Assembly: GCA_045544035.1 (NCBI GenBank)
Contig: JAZPYE010000002.1
Location: forward strand, 7,898 to 71,897
Length of the DNA: 64,000 nt
Reading direction: 5' to 3'
Source of the DNA: Acutalibacteraceae bacterium
GTDB lineage: Bacteria > Bacillota > Clostridia > Oscillospirales > Acutalibacteraceae
A program made the translations under genes and the position numbers. This document shows, piece by piece, positions 1 to 7,372 of the stretch. The notes beneath the pieces are model-generated. The model ran no database searches. It worked only from the letters and a program-made list of their open reading frames with translations, and was not told the origin of the DNA. Position 1 is the first letter of the stretch. Each line of letters begins with the position of its first letter.

Positions 1-924
1 GCTTCGGTTAACGTTGGCTCAACAAAGGCGGGCATTAACATGAATGCTGTTTCCATGATGGGCAAAATTGTAAAACAAACAGCCGAGGCAACAAAGGATA
101 GACAGTGCATTGGCGCTGCAAAGCTGGTTGTTTTGTGCAATGCACCTGAGGATAACCCCTTTATGGCTGGCGCATTCCACGGTGTTGGAGAACCCGACTG
201 CGTTATCAATGTTGGCGTTTCGGGCCCCGGTGTTGTTCGTGCCGCTCTTGCAAAATCTGAAGGTCTTGACCTTACAGGCATTGCAGAACTTATAAAACGC
301 ACCGCATTTAAAATCACACGCGTTGGTCAGCTTGTAGCAAAGGAAGCCGCAAGTGAACTTGGCGTTCCTTTTGGCATTGTTGATTTATCCCTTGCCCCCA
401 CCCCTGCTGTGGGCGATTCGGTTGCCCATATTTTAGAGGAAATCGGGCTGGAGAAATGTGGTGCCTGCGGCACCACCGCAACCCTTGCAATGCTTAATGA
501 TGCCGTTAAAAAGGGTGGCGTTATGGCTTCATCAAAGGTTGGCGGATTATCGGGCGCATTTATCCCTGTCACTGAAGATGCAGGAATGATTGATGCCGCT
601 CGCTGTGGCGCTTTAAAAATTGAAAAATTAGAGGCTATGACTGCCGTTTGCTCTGTTGGCCTTGATATGATTAACATTCCCGGTGATACCTCGGCTGAGG
701 TTATTTCGGCTCTCATTGCCGATGAAGCCGCTATAGGTATGGTTAACTCCAAAACCACCGCCGTTCGCGTTATTCCTGCAATCGGCTGTACCGTTGGCGA
801 TGAGCTTGACTTTGGCGGTTTACTTGGCGGAGGCCCCGTTATGGCGGTTAACACCTACTCCCCTGCTAAATTCATTCACCGTGGCGGACAAATTCCTGCC
901 CCCATTCAAAGCCTTAAAAACTAA
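1..924 (+). CDS. UPF0210 / DUF711 family protein; 5' end lies upstream of the window
   Basis: The frame is open from nt 1 ([17 protein letters not shown]...). The C-terminal ~300 aa ends in ...[13 protein letters not shown], typical of UPF0210 proteins. A terminator hairpin follows. Confidence 0.8.
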   Translation, partial: ASVNVGSTKAGINMNAVSMMGKIVKQTAEATKDRQCIGAAKLVVLCNAPEDNPFMAGAFHGVGEPDCVINVGVSGPGVVRAALAKSEGLDLTGIAELIKRTAFKITRVGQLVAKEAASELGVPFGIVDLSLAPTPAVGDSVAHILEEIGLEKCGACGTTATLAMLNDAVKKGGVMASSKVGGLSGAFIPVTEDAGMIDAARCGALKIEKLEAMTAVCSVGLDMINIPGDTSAEVISALIADEAAIGMVNSKTTAVRVIPAIGCTVGDELDFGGLLGGGPVMAVNTYSPAKFIHRGGQIPAPIQSLKN

Positions 925-935
925 AATAAATATTA

Positions 936-970
936 AAAGCACCGATTTAAAATCGGTGCTTTATTTTTTT
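936..970 (+). terminator. Rho-independent terminator hairpin shared by the convergent UPF0210 gene and pflA
   Basis: AAAGCACCGATT (936-947) pairs with AATCGGTGCTTT (951-962) around a 3-nt loop. A T-run (963-970) follows on the + strand and an A/T-rich flank lies on the other side. Confidence 0.7.
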
Positions 971-1704
971 GCATTTTTCATTCCGTTTAAAATGTGAGTT
1001 TTTGCCTCCTGCGCTTTATTAAGCGGCAGCGCGGGCAGGCCTTCAAGTTTATAAGGAATTCCAAGTTCCTTATATTTATTTACCCCCATTGTGTGGTAGG
1101 GCAAAACATCGAGGGCCTTTAAATTTTTAAGAGTTGCGAGAAACTCGCCAAGCCTCTCTAAATATTCCCTTTTGTCGGTGTAGCCCTCAACGATTATATG
1201 CCTGACCCATAGGGGAACATTTTTGGCCTCGAGATATTTAGCAAATGCCAAAACATTCTCATTGCCAAAGCCAGTAAGCTCCTTGTGAATTTTACTGTCA
1301 ATATGCTTAATATCCAGCATAACAAGGTCGGTCACCGCTAGCAAAACATCCAGCTTTTTAAGGTAAGCCTCATTTTCGGGATTATATGTAATTCCCGAGG
1401 TGTCAATGCAGGTGTGAACACCCTGCTCCTTAAAGGCAGTAAACAGTTCTATGAGGAAATCCACCTGCAAAAGCGGCTCGCCGCCCGTAACGGTTAAGCC
1501 GCCCTTAGCATAAAAGGCTCGATTTCGCTTAAAATCATCAAGAATCTCATTTACGGTAATTTCGGTGCCGCCTCCCACTCCCCAGGTGTCGGGATTGTGG
1601 CAATAAAGACACCGCATAGGACAGCCCTGCAGGAAAAGCACATATCTTATGCCTGGGCCATCAACCGTGCCGAAGGATTCTTTTGAATGAATATAGCCTT
1701 TCAC
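961..1704 (-). CDS. pflA: Pyruvate formate-lyase activating enzyme (radical SAM glycyl-radical activase)
   Basis: 247 aa with the CxxxCxxC cluster motif (GCPMRCLYCHNPDTW). Full-length similarity to PflA, and it lies directly downstream of the PFL genes. Confidence 0.93.
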   Translation of the reverse strand: MKGYIHSKESFGTVDGPGIRYVLFLQGCPMRCLYCHNPDTWGVGGGTEITVNEILDDFKRNRAFYAKGGLTVTGGEPLLQVDFLIELFTAFKEQGVHTCIDTSGITYNPENEAYLKKLDVLLAVTDLVMLDIKHIDSKIHKELTGFGNENVLAFAKYLEAKNVPLWVRHIIVEGYTDKREYLERLGEFLATLKNLKALDVLPYHTMGVNKYKELGIPYKLEGLPALPLNKAQEAKTHILNGMKNAKK

Positions 1705-1709
1705 TTTAA

Positions 1710-1952
1710 TTACATCTGGTCGTGGAAGGTGCGGGATATAACCTCATCCTGCTGTTCCTTTGTAAGTTTAATAAAGTTAACGGCATAGCCGCTTACTCTA
1801 ACGGTTAATTGCGGATATTTTTCGGGGTGAGCCTGTGCATCAAGCAGGGTCTCCTTTGAAAAAACATTAACATTCAGGTGATGTCCACCCTGCTTAACAT
1901 AACCGTCAAGTAAAGAAACAAGATTATCAATTTGATTTTCGGTCGCTTTCAT
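1710..1952 (-). CDS. Stand-alone glycyl-radical domain protein (GrcA/YfiD-like), equivalent to the C-terminal ~80 aa of PFL
   Basis: 80 aa: ...[55 protein letters not shown]..., containing the RVSGYAV glycyl-radical motif. AAGGAG (1959-1964, minus strand) sits 6 nt upstream of the ATG. Confidence 0.85.
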   Translation of the reverse strand: MKATENQIDNLVSLLDGYVKQGGHHLNVNVFSKETLLDAQAHPEKYPQLTVRVSGYAVNFIKLTKEQQDEVISRTFHDQM

Positions 1953-1973
1953 TATTTTCTCCTTATTATAAAA

Positions 1974-4079
1974 CTATTCTTCAGTGTCAAGACCTTCAAA
2001 AAGCGTAGGCGACATACAAGCACCGTTTGCGCAGTCAAAGTCAACCTCAATATCTCCCGCAAAAATGCGGTCATCCTTACCGAGAGCTCCAGGGACGATT
2101 GAGAAGGTGTTTGAAATGCCATCCTGAGCATCGACAAAGGGCAGCTTTGCAACCGATGCAAGGGAAGCAACGGCACCGTTTGTGTCTCTACGGTGCATGG
2201 GGTTAGCACCGGGGGCGAATGCCTCGCCTTTTTTACGACCGTCAGGTGTGGCGCCTGTATTTTTACCATAAACAACATTCGAGGTAATGGTTAAAATCGA
2301 GGTGGTGGGAACACTGTTTCTGTAGGTGTGATTTTTTCTGATATGCTCCATAAATCTATGAACGATTTGATAGGCAATGGAGTCAACGCGGTCATCATCG
2401 TTGCCGTATTTCGGGAAATCACCCTCAACCTCATAGTCAACAACAATTCCCTGCTCGTTTCTAATTGTCTTAACCTTGGCATATTTAATAGCAGACAGTG
2501 AGTCAGCCACAACAGAAAGGCCTGCAATGCCCGTTGCAAACCAGCGGGTTACCTCCTTATCGTGAAGGGCCATCTGGATTTTTTCGTAGCAATACTTATC
2601 GTGCATATAATGAATGATATTAAGGGTATGCACATAAACCTTGGCAAGCCACTGCATCATTTGGTCATAGGCCTTCATAACCTCATCGTAATCAAGATAC
2701 TCGCTGGTTATGGGGCGATATTCAGGGGCAATTTGCTTGCCCGAAATTTCATCAATACCGCCGTTAATTGCATAAAGCAGACACTTTGCAAGGTTGGCTC
2801 TGGCGCCGAAGAACTGCATTTCCTTGCCCAGTTTCATTGAAGAAACACAGCAGGCGATGGCATAATCATCACCGTGGTGGAAACGCATTAAATCATCGTT
2901 TTCATACTGAACCGATGAGGTTTCAATGGAAATTCTGGCGCAGTAACGCTTAAAGTTTTCAGGCAGCCTTGTGGACCACAAAACGGTGAGATTGGGTTCG
3001 GGCGCGGCGCCTAAATTCTCAAGGGTATGAAGATAACGATAGGTCATCTTTGTAACCATATGTCGGCCATCAATGGCAACACCGGCAAGGGATTCGGTAA
3101 CCCACTGGGGGTCGCCTGAAAATAGAGAGTTATATTCAGGGGTTCTGGCAAATTTAATAAGGCGCAGCTTCATAATAAACTGGTCAACCAGCTCCTGTAT
3201 TTCGCTTTCGGTGTAGACCCCGTTTTTAAGGTCGCGCTCGGAATAAATATCGATAAACGTTGATGTGCGACCAAGGGACATTGCGGCGCCGTTTTGCTCC
3301 TTAACAGCAGCCAAATAGCCAAAATAAAGCCACTGAATTGCCTCTTTGGTATCCTTTGCAGGGCGGGAAATATCATAGCCATAGCTTGCGGCCATTTTCT
3401 TTAAATCCTCAAGGGCTCTGATTTGTTCAGATAGCTCCTCACGGGCGCGGATAATTTCCTCATACATTGCAGAACGAGTGGTTTCCTTCTGCTCTGCCTT
3501 GTCCTCAATAAGGCGGTCAACACCATAAAGAGCAACACGGCGGTAGTCACCGATAATACGGCCACGGCCGTAGGCATCGGGAAGCCCTGTTATAATGTGA
3601 CTTGAACGGCAGGCGCGCATTTCGGGGGTGTAAACATCAAAAACACCTGCGTTGTGGGTTTTTCTATGAACGGTAAAGAATTCCTTAACCTCAGGGTCAA
3701 GGGTGTAGCCGTTATCGGAACAGGCCTTTTCGGCCATGCGAATTCCACCATAAGGCATCAAGGCACGCTTAAAAGGCTTGTCGGTCTGGAAGCCGACAAT
3801 CTTTTCCTTTTTCCTATCGAGATAGCCGGGGCCGTGAGAAACAATGGTGGAAATCACCTTGGTGTCCATATCAAGAACACCGCCTGCTTCCCTTTCCTGC
3901 CGATTTAGCTCGGTCACCTGCTCCCACAAATCCATCGTATCCTCTGTGGGGCCCACAAGAAAGCTTTCATCCCCATCATAGGGCATAAAATTGTGCTTAA
4001 TAAAGCTTCTAACATTTATTTCTTTAGTCCAAGTACCCTCTTCAAAGCCTTGCCATTCTTCGAACATTTTAAATGTCAA
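1974..4079 (-). CDS. pflB: Formate C-acetyltransferase (pyruvate formate-lyase) catalytic core without the glycyl-radical domain
   Basis: 701 aa collinear with PflB, including the active-site Cys pair (IACCVSSMK) and ...[12 protein letters not shown]. It then diverges into a 31-aa tail and stops at TAG 1974-1976. Confidence 0.9.
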   Translation of the reverse strand: MTFKMFEEWQGFEEGTWTKEINVRSFIKHNFMPYDGDESFLVGPTEDTMDLWEQVTELNRQEREAGGVLDMDTKVISTIVSHGPGYLDRKKEKIVGFQTDKPFKRALMPYGGIRMAEKACSDNGYTLDPEVKEFFTVHRKTHNAGVFDVYTPEMRACRSSHIITGLPDAYGRGRIIGDYRRVALYGVDRLIEDKAEQKETTRSAMYEEIIRAREELSEQIRALEDLKKMAASYGYDISRPAKDTKEAIQWLYFGYLAAVKEQNGAAMSLGRTSTFIDIYSERDLKNGVYTESEIQELVDQFIMKLRLIKFARTPEYNSLFSGDPQWVTESLAGVAIDGRHMVTKMTYRYLHTLENLGAAPEPNLTVLWSTRLPENFKRYCARISIETSSVQYENDDLMRFHHGDDYAIACCVSSMKLGKEMQFFGARANLAKCLLYAINGGIDEISGKQIAPEYRPITSEYLDYDEVMKAYDQMMQWLAKVYVHTLNIIHYMHDKYCYEKIQMALHDKEVTRWFATGIAGLSVVADSLSAIKYAKVKTIRNEQGIVVDYEVEGDFPKYGNDDDRVDSIAYQIVHRFMEHIRKNHTYRNSVPTTSILTITSNVVYGKNTGATPDGRKKGEAFAPGANPMHRRDTNGAVASLASVAKLPFVDAQDGISNTFSIVPGALGKDDRIFAGDIEVDFDCANGACMSPTLFEGLDTEE

Positions 4080-4423
4080 TTTAAAATCCTTCTTTCACTT
4101 TTTTGAACATCTTTTCTACATTTAAAAGTATAACATAAAACACGCTGTAAGTATAGTAGAAAAACCTTGCAAAAATTTAAAATAAATATTTGAAAATTTA
4201 GCAAATATATCAAAAATTAGTAATGATTATCGTTTTTATTTTAACAAACTTTTTATTTTTTCTCAAATTTAATTTAAGAAAAAAAGAAATGCCAAATAAA
4301 ACGAAAAAAAATTAGATTTTTTATAAAAACAAACATTTATTTTAAAGTATTATTTTCTTTACTATATTATATAACAAATCAAAAGAATTTTCAAGAGCAA
4401 CCGGCCGCTTACTAAAGCGTATA

Positions 4424-4466
4424 ATAAAAATTGAGTGTTCATAACTCAAATCCGTTATGAACACTC
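4424..4466 (-). terminator. Rho-independent terminator of the AT-rich two-gene unit
   Basis: Perfect 13-bp stem: GAGTGTTCATAAC (4433-4445) with GTTATGAACACTC (4454-4466) and an 8-nt loop. On the minus strand it is followed by AATTTTTATT. Confidence 0.7.
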
Positions 4467-4644
4467 AAAATGGTCGGAGTAGCGTTATAGTAATCAAGCG
4501 TAAACCCGCATAAATACTAGGTTTTCCGCAGTTATAAACAGTACAAAGGTCTTAATTACTATGATTAAGTGGGTTCGGCAATTGATAAATTGTTGTGAAT
4601 GTTTTTGGGAAGATTGTTGATTAATAGAGGAAAATTAAATGCTA

Positions 4645-5067
4645 TTATCGAAAAGCATCAATACTCAAATCCGTTTTTATTATGTATTTTCTGTCGTAAT
4701 TATCATAAAGAATGAATTCTACTTTATCGTTAGGATTACAAATTGCAGACAAATTTTGTTTACAATAACTTTTATAAATATCTTGCTCAACGATATCTAT
4801 ATTTTTCGTTGTTGCTGGCGGCAAAGTTAATTCTTTTAAACCATCAAAGTATTCGACGTGAAGTACATGTGTGTCTATACAGCAAATCATTCTTGTTATT
4901 ACAACTGTTCTAAGCGAATTGTTAGATAGGTAAATTTTGAAATTTGGTAACATTTCAAAATAGGTCTGTATTTTTCTTGTTTTATCCCAAAGATTCAACC
5001 AAATACCAACAATACCAACAATTGTTGCTAACGTAGTTCCAATTGCAGAAAGCGCGTTCCAATTCAT
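4645..5067 (-). CDS. Hypothetical protein with an N-terminal transmembrane helix and no recognisable family
   Basis: 140 aa. The N-terminus MNWNALSAIGTTLATIVGIVGIWLNLW is a single hydrophobic helix. Its start overlaps the upstream stop (ATGA, 5064-5067). Very AT-rich codon usage. Confidence 0.6.
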   Translation of the reverse strand: MNWNALSAIGTTLATIVGIVGIWLNLWDKTRKIQTYFEMLPNFKIYLSNNSLRTVVITRMICCIDTHVLHVEYFDGLKELTLPPATTKNIDIVEQDIYKSYCKQNLSAICNPNDKVEFILYDNYDRKYIIKTDLSIDAFR

Positions 5068-6545
5068 AAACGATCACCTCTATAATCTTCCAATGCTTTT
5101 ACTTCTTTACTATTTTTTCTACAAATAGGACAACTACTTCCTTTATTTCTATTCTTGATAGTTGCCTGCCATTCGTGACCATTGTCACATTTCCACCATA
5201 CTTTTTTACTGCTGTTAGCTGTAAAGTTTTCTGGCTTTAATTCGCCATTTTTTTCATAATTCCAATCTTTCGCCAGAGTAGGATTAACCGTTCGTAAATC
5301 ATTTTCACCTTTAATAGCAAGCCTGCCAGAACAATATGGGCACCCCTTACCGTTATTTCTACTATATATCGCCGCCTGCCATTCGTGACCATTGTCACAT
5401 TTCCACCATACTTTTTTTCCACTATTCGTTGTAACATGTTCCGGTTTTAAGTTGCCGTTTTTTTCAGAGTTCCATTCTTTTGCTAGCTCTAAATTAGAAA
5501 ACAAAAGAGAATTTTCTTTTTCTGTGTATTCTCGTAAGTTTTCTATGAAAATTGCATCTCTTTCAAGGTTAACATCAACGCTCGATCCAATTATCTCGCT
5601 TAAAATTTCTTTAAGTATTTTGGGCAAATCCTTTTGTCCTTTTTGAACAATATAATCTTTGGAACTATTATTTAACGGAGGCAAGCCTTCTCTTATTCTA
5701 TACAGTTTAATCCCATCTTTTTTACACTTTTGATTTTTTTCTAAATCTTTTTTTGTTTTGTTTTTATGCCAAAGGTATCCATCATATTCAATGGCGATTC
5801 TTTTTGATGGAATATAAATATCTAATTCGTATCCGTTCTCTTTGTATAGATGAATCACCTCTAAATCGTATTTTTTAAGATAATACAAAATCGCATACTC
5901 GGGAAGAGAAGTTTTTCGTTCGGAATTACAAATAGGGCACCCACATCCCGTGTTTCTATGGAGAATCGTTGCTTGCCATTCGTGACCTTTGTTACATTTC
6001 CACCATACTTTTTTGTTGCAATTAGGCAATATATCTGTAGGTGTTAATCCATTGTTTTTTTCATAATTCCATTCTTGTGCTAAGGTTGGATTAACCGTTT
6101 GTAAGTCGTTTTCCCCCTTAACAGCAAATCGACCAGCACAGTAAGGGCATCCGTTTCCGTTGTACCTACTTTGTATTATTGCTTGCCATTCATGACCTTT
6201 ACTACATTTCCACCAGACTTTCTTTCCACTACTAGGCAATACATCCTTGGGCGTTAATCCATTGTTTTTTTCATAATTCCATTCTTGTGCTAAAGTTGGA
6301 TTAACTGTTTGTAAATCATTATAGCCTTTAATAACTAATATTCCTGCGCAATATGGGCATCCTTTACCACTATGTCTATTATATATAGTCGTTTCCCATT
6401 CGTGTCCTTTATTGCACTTCCACCATACTTTTTTATTACTTCCAAGGGTTAATTGAGCGGGGTCAAAATTTAATTCGTTATTCTTTCCCCAATTCCATTC
6501 TGCCATCAGTTCGGCATTATCAATTACGTATTTCTTTTCTGCCAT
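5064..6545 (-). CDS. Multi-zinc-ribbon (DUF4379-like treble-clef repeats) protein with a central Vsr/DUF559-like PD-(D/E)xK nuclease domain
   Basis: 493 aa. Five repeats of W-N-x-EKN...KKVWWKC-x-KGHEW-x11-GCP(Y/I)C occupy aa ~12-75, 85-145, 155-207, 354-412 and 424-477. The core at aa ~213-286 is YELDIYIPSKRIAIEYDGYLWH...D..K...GIKLYRIRE. RBS GAGGTG lies 9 nt upstream of the ATG. Confidence 0.75.
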   Translation of the reverse strand: MAEKKYVIDNAELMAEWNWGKNNELNFDPAQLTLGSNKKVWWKCNKGHEWETTIYNRHSGKGCPYCAGILVIKGYNDLQTVNPTLAQEWNYEKNNGLTPKDVLPSSGKKVWWKCSKGHEWQAIIQSRYNGNGCPYCAGRFAVKGENDLQTVNPTLAQEWNYEKNNGLTPTDILPNCNKKVWWKCNKGHEWQATILHRNTGCGCPICNSERKTSLPEYAILYYLKKYDLEVIHLYKENGYELDIYIPSKRIAIEYDGYLWHKNKTKKDLEKNQKCKKDGIKLYRIREGLPPLNNSSKDYIVQKGQKDLPKILKEILSEIIGSSVDVNLERDAIFIENLREYTEKENSLLFSNLELAKEWNSEKNGNLKPEHVTTNSGKKVWWKCDNGHEWQAAIYSRNNGKGCPYCSGRLAIKGENDLRTVNPTLAKDWNYEKNGELKPENFTANSSKKVWWKCDNGHEWQATIKNRNKGSSCPICRKNSKEVKALEDYRGDRL

Positions 6546-6583
6546 AACCTTGGCACCTCGCTTTTATAAATATCTTTTATGAT

Positions 6584-6612
6584 ATTATACCATAAATTTC
6601 TTCTATAGTAAA
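6584..6612 (-). promoter_or_regulatory. Sigma-A type promoter of the zinc-ribbon nuclease operon
   Basis: On the minus strand: TTTACT (6612-6607), a 17-nt spacer, then TGgTATAAT (extended -10, TATAAT = 6589-6584). It lies about 40 nt upstream of the ATG at 6545. Confidence 0.55.
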
Positions 6613-6867
6613 TATGCACTGTTTTATGATAACAGCAAACAAGAAAGGAGTGATGTTATTTGTTTGTTTAATAATTTTGAGTCAGTAAAAATCGACAGAA
6701 GAATGTGAAAAAGCATAAAAAGCGTTTATAAAAAGAAAATGCCGAAATCGGAATTTTGCAAAATTTTATAAATTAGTCTGCGAAGCAGACACCGAACTTC
6801 TTCACTATTCACTATTACTTATTACTTCCAAAAATCCTCTATCCAAAACGTAGAGAATAGTGAAGAG

Positions 6868-6907
6868 TGAAAAAGTAAAAATCCCCATTCTTACGAATGA
6901 GGATTTT
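6868..6907 (-). terminator. Rho-independent terminator directly after tRNA-Leu
   Basis: On the minus strand: AAAAATCCTCATT-CGTAA-GAATGGGGATTTT, followed by TACTTTTT. Confidence 0.6.
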
Positions 6908-6990
6908 TGGTGCGGGTGACAGGACTTGAACCTGCACGCGTGAGCGCTAGCTCCTAAGGCTAGTGCGTCTGCCAATTCCGCCACACCCGC
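6908..6990 (-). tRNA. tRNA-Leu (anticodon UAG), class II with a long variable arm and encoded CCA
   Basis: 83-nt cloverleaf: acceptor GCGGGTG/CACCCGC. Anticodon arm CTAGC-CTTAGGA-GCTAG (anticodon TAG). Variable arm CGCTCACGCGTG. T-arm CAGG-TTCAAGT-CCTG. Discriminator A plus CCA. Confidence 0.92.
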
Positions 6991-7057
6991 ACGTATTAAC
7001 TTTTTAAACGACATTTTAGTTTAAAACGGCAGCCGCACTCCGTTACTCTTGCGGTGC
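6969..7057. repeat. Copy 1 of a perfect 89-bp direct repeat (tRNA-Leu nt 1-22 plus 67 nt of its upstream region)
   Basis: Checked base by base and identical to 7158-7246: ctgccaattccgccacacccgcacgtattaac...cttgcggtgc. Confidence 0.95.
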
Positions 7058-7157
7058 CCGGCGTTTATCTTCGGTGGTAAACCACCTTGAACACTGCCGA
7101 CCGCGGCGCCTTTTCAGCATTTGCTTCATCCTCCACCGGAGGCGCAAATTCTGAAAA
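7058..7157. other. 100-bp GC-rich spacer with nested hairpins between the two repeat copies; function unknown
   Basis: On the minus strand, TTTTCAGAATTTGC pairs with GCAAATGCTGAAAA (one mismatch) and encloses CCTCC-GGT-GGAGG. A second hairpin is GGTGG-TTTA-CCACC. The segment is much more GC-rich than its flanks. Confidence 0.4.
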
Positions 7158-7246
7158 CTGCCAATTCCGCCACACCCGCACGTATTAACTTTTTAAACGA
7201 CATTTTAGTTTAAAACGGCAGCCGCACTCCGTTACTCTTGCGGTGC
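7158..7246. repeat. Copy 2 of the 89-bp direct repeat (an orphan 5' fragment of tRNA-Leu plus upstream region)
   Basis: Identical to 6969-7057. After tRNA nt 22 the sequence diverges, so no cloverleaf can be completed. Confidence 0.95.
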
Positions 7247-7372
7247 TTTACAATTTTAACAAGTAGAACTGAATTTGTCAAGTGCGCATTTAATAATTTT
7301 TATTCATATCCTTCTTGCGTTTTGAGAAACTTTATGCTACAATCAAGACACACCTTTTTAGGAGGAATTTTA

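Noticed and set aside
327-854. 175-aa antisense ORF inside the UPF0210 gene. Similar long antisense or shadow ORFs occur at 1952-2278, 12431-12724, 35934-36419, 39571-39996, 45982-46482, 47727-48185, 49911-50342, 52055-52621, 54875-55297, 59619-60041, 60957-61400 and 62019-62765.
   Set aside because: All lie opposite or out of frame to ORFs with strong, full-length family signatures. They have low-complexity or biased composition and no RBS. They are typical shadow ORFs.
1953-1976. Programmed TAG readthrough or pyrrolysine decoding joining the two PFL pieces
   Set aside because: A well-spaced AAGGAG plus ATG precedes the 80-aa ORF, and the linker codons are not conserved PFL sequence. No pyl genes are visible in the window. 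Independent initiation is the simpler reading, although readthrough cannot be excluded from sequence alone.
4080-4640. Possible ZTP (pfl-motif) riboswitch or Rex/CcpA operator in the long AT-rich region upstream of pflB
   Set aside because: I found no GC-rich pseudoknot core as expected for the ZTP motif. There is only a half-match to a Rex box (TTGTTAA without its partner) and no cre with a central CG. The evidence is not strong enough to call.
4080-6990. Classical tRNA-integrated genomic island with an integrase and a 3'-tRNA direct repeat
   Set aside because: No integrase or recombinase ORF is present. I could not find a direct repeat of the tRNA-Leu 3' end at the distal border (~4.1-4.6 kb). 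The islet is therefore reported only as compositionally foreign cargo.
6805-7014. 69-aa minus-strand ORF from the ORF track
   Set aside because: It lies directly over the tRNA-Leu gene and its terminator. It has no RBS, and the tRNA cloverleaf fully explains the sequence.
7058-7179. Second functional tRNA (or an intron-containing tRNA-Leu) formed by the orphan 22-nt tRNA fragment plus the spacer
   Set aside because: After nt 22 there is no D-stem complement, no 5-bp/7-nt anticodon arm, no GTTCRANNC T-loop with a matching stem and no proper acceptor complement.
7238-7372. N-terminal 45-aa extension of the GH92 ORF in the ORF track
   Set aside because: The extension begins inside repeat copy 2 and has no RBS. 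ATG 7373 is preceded by AGGAGG and gives the conserved GH92 N-terminus.
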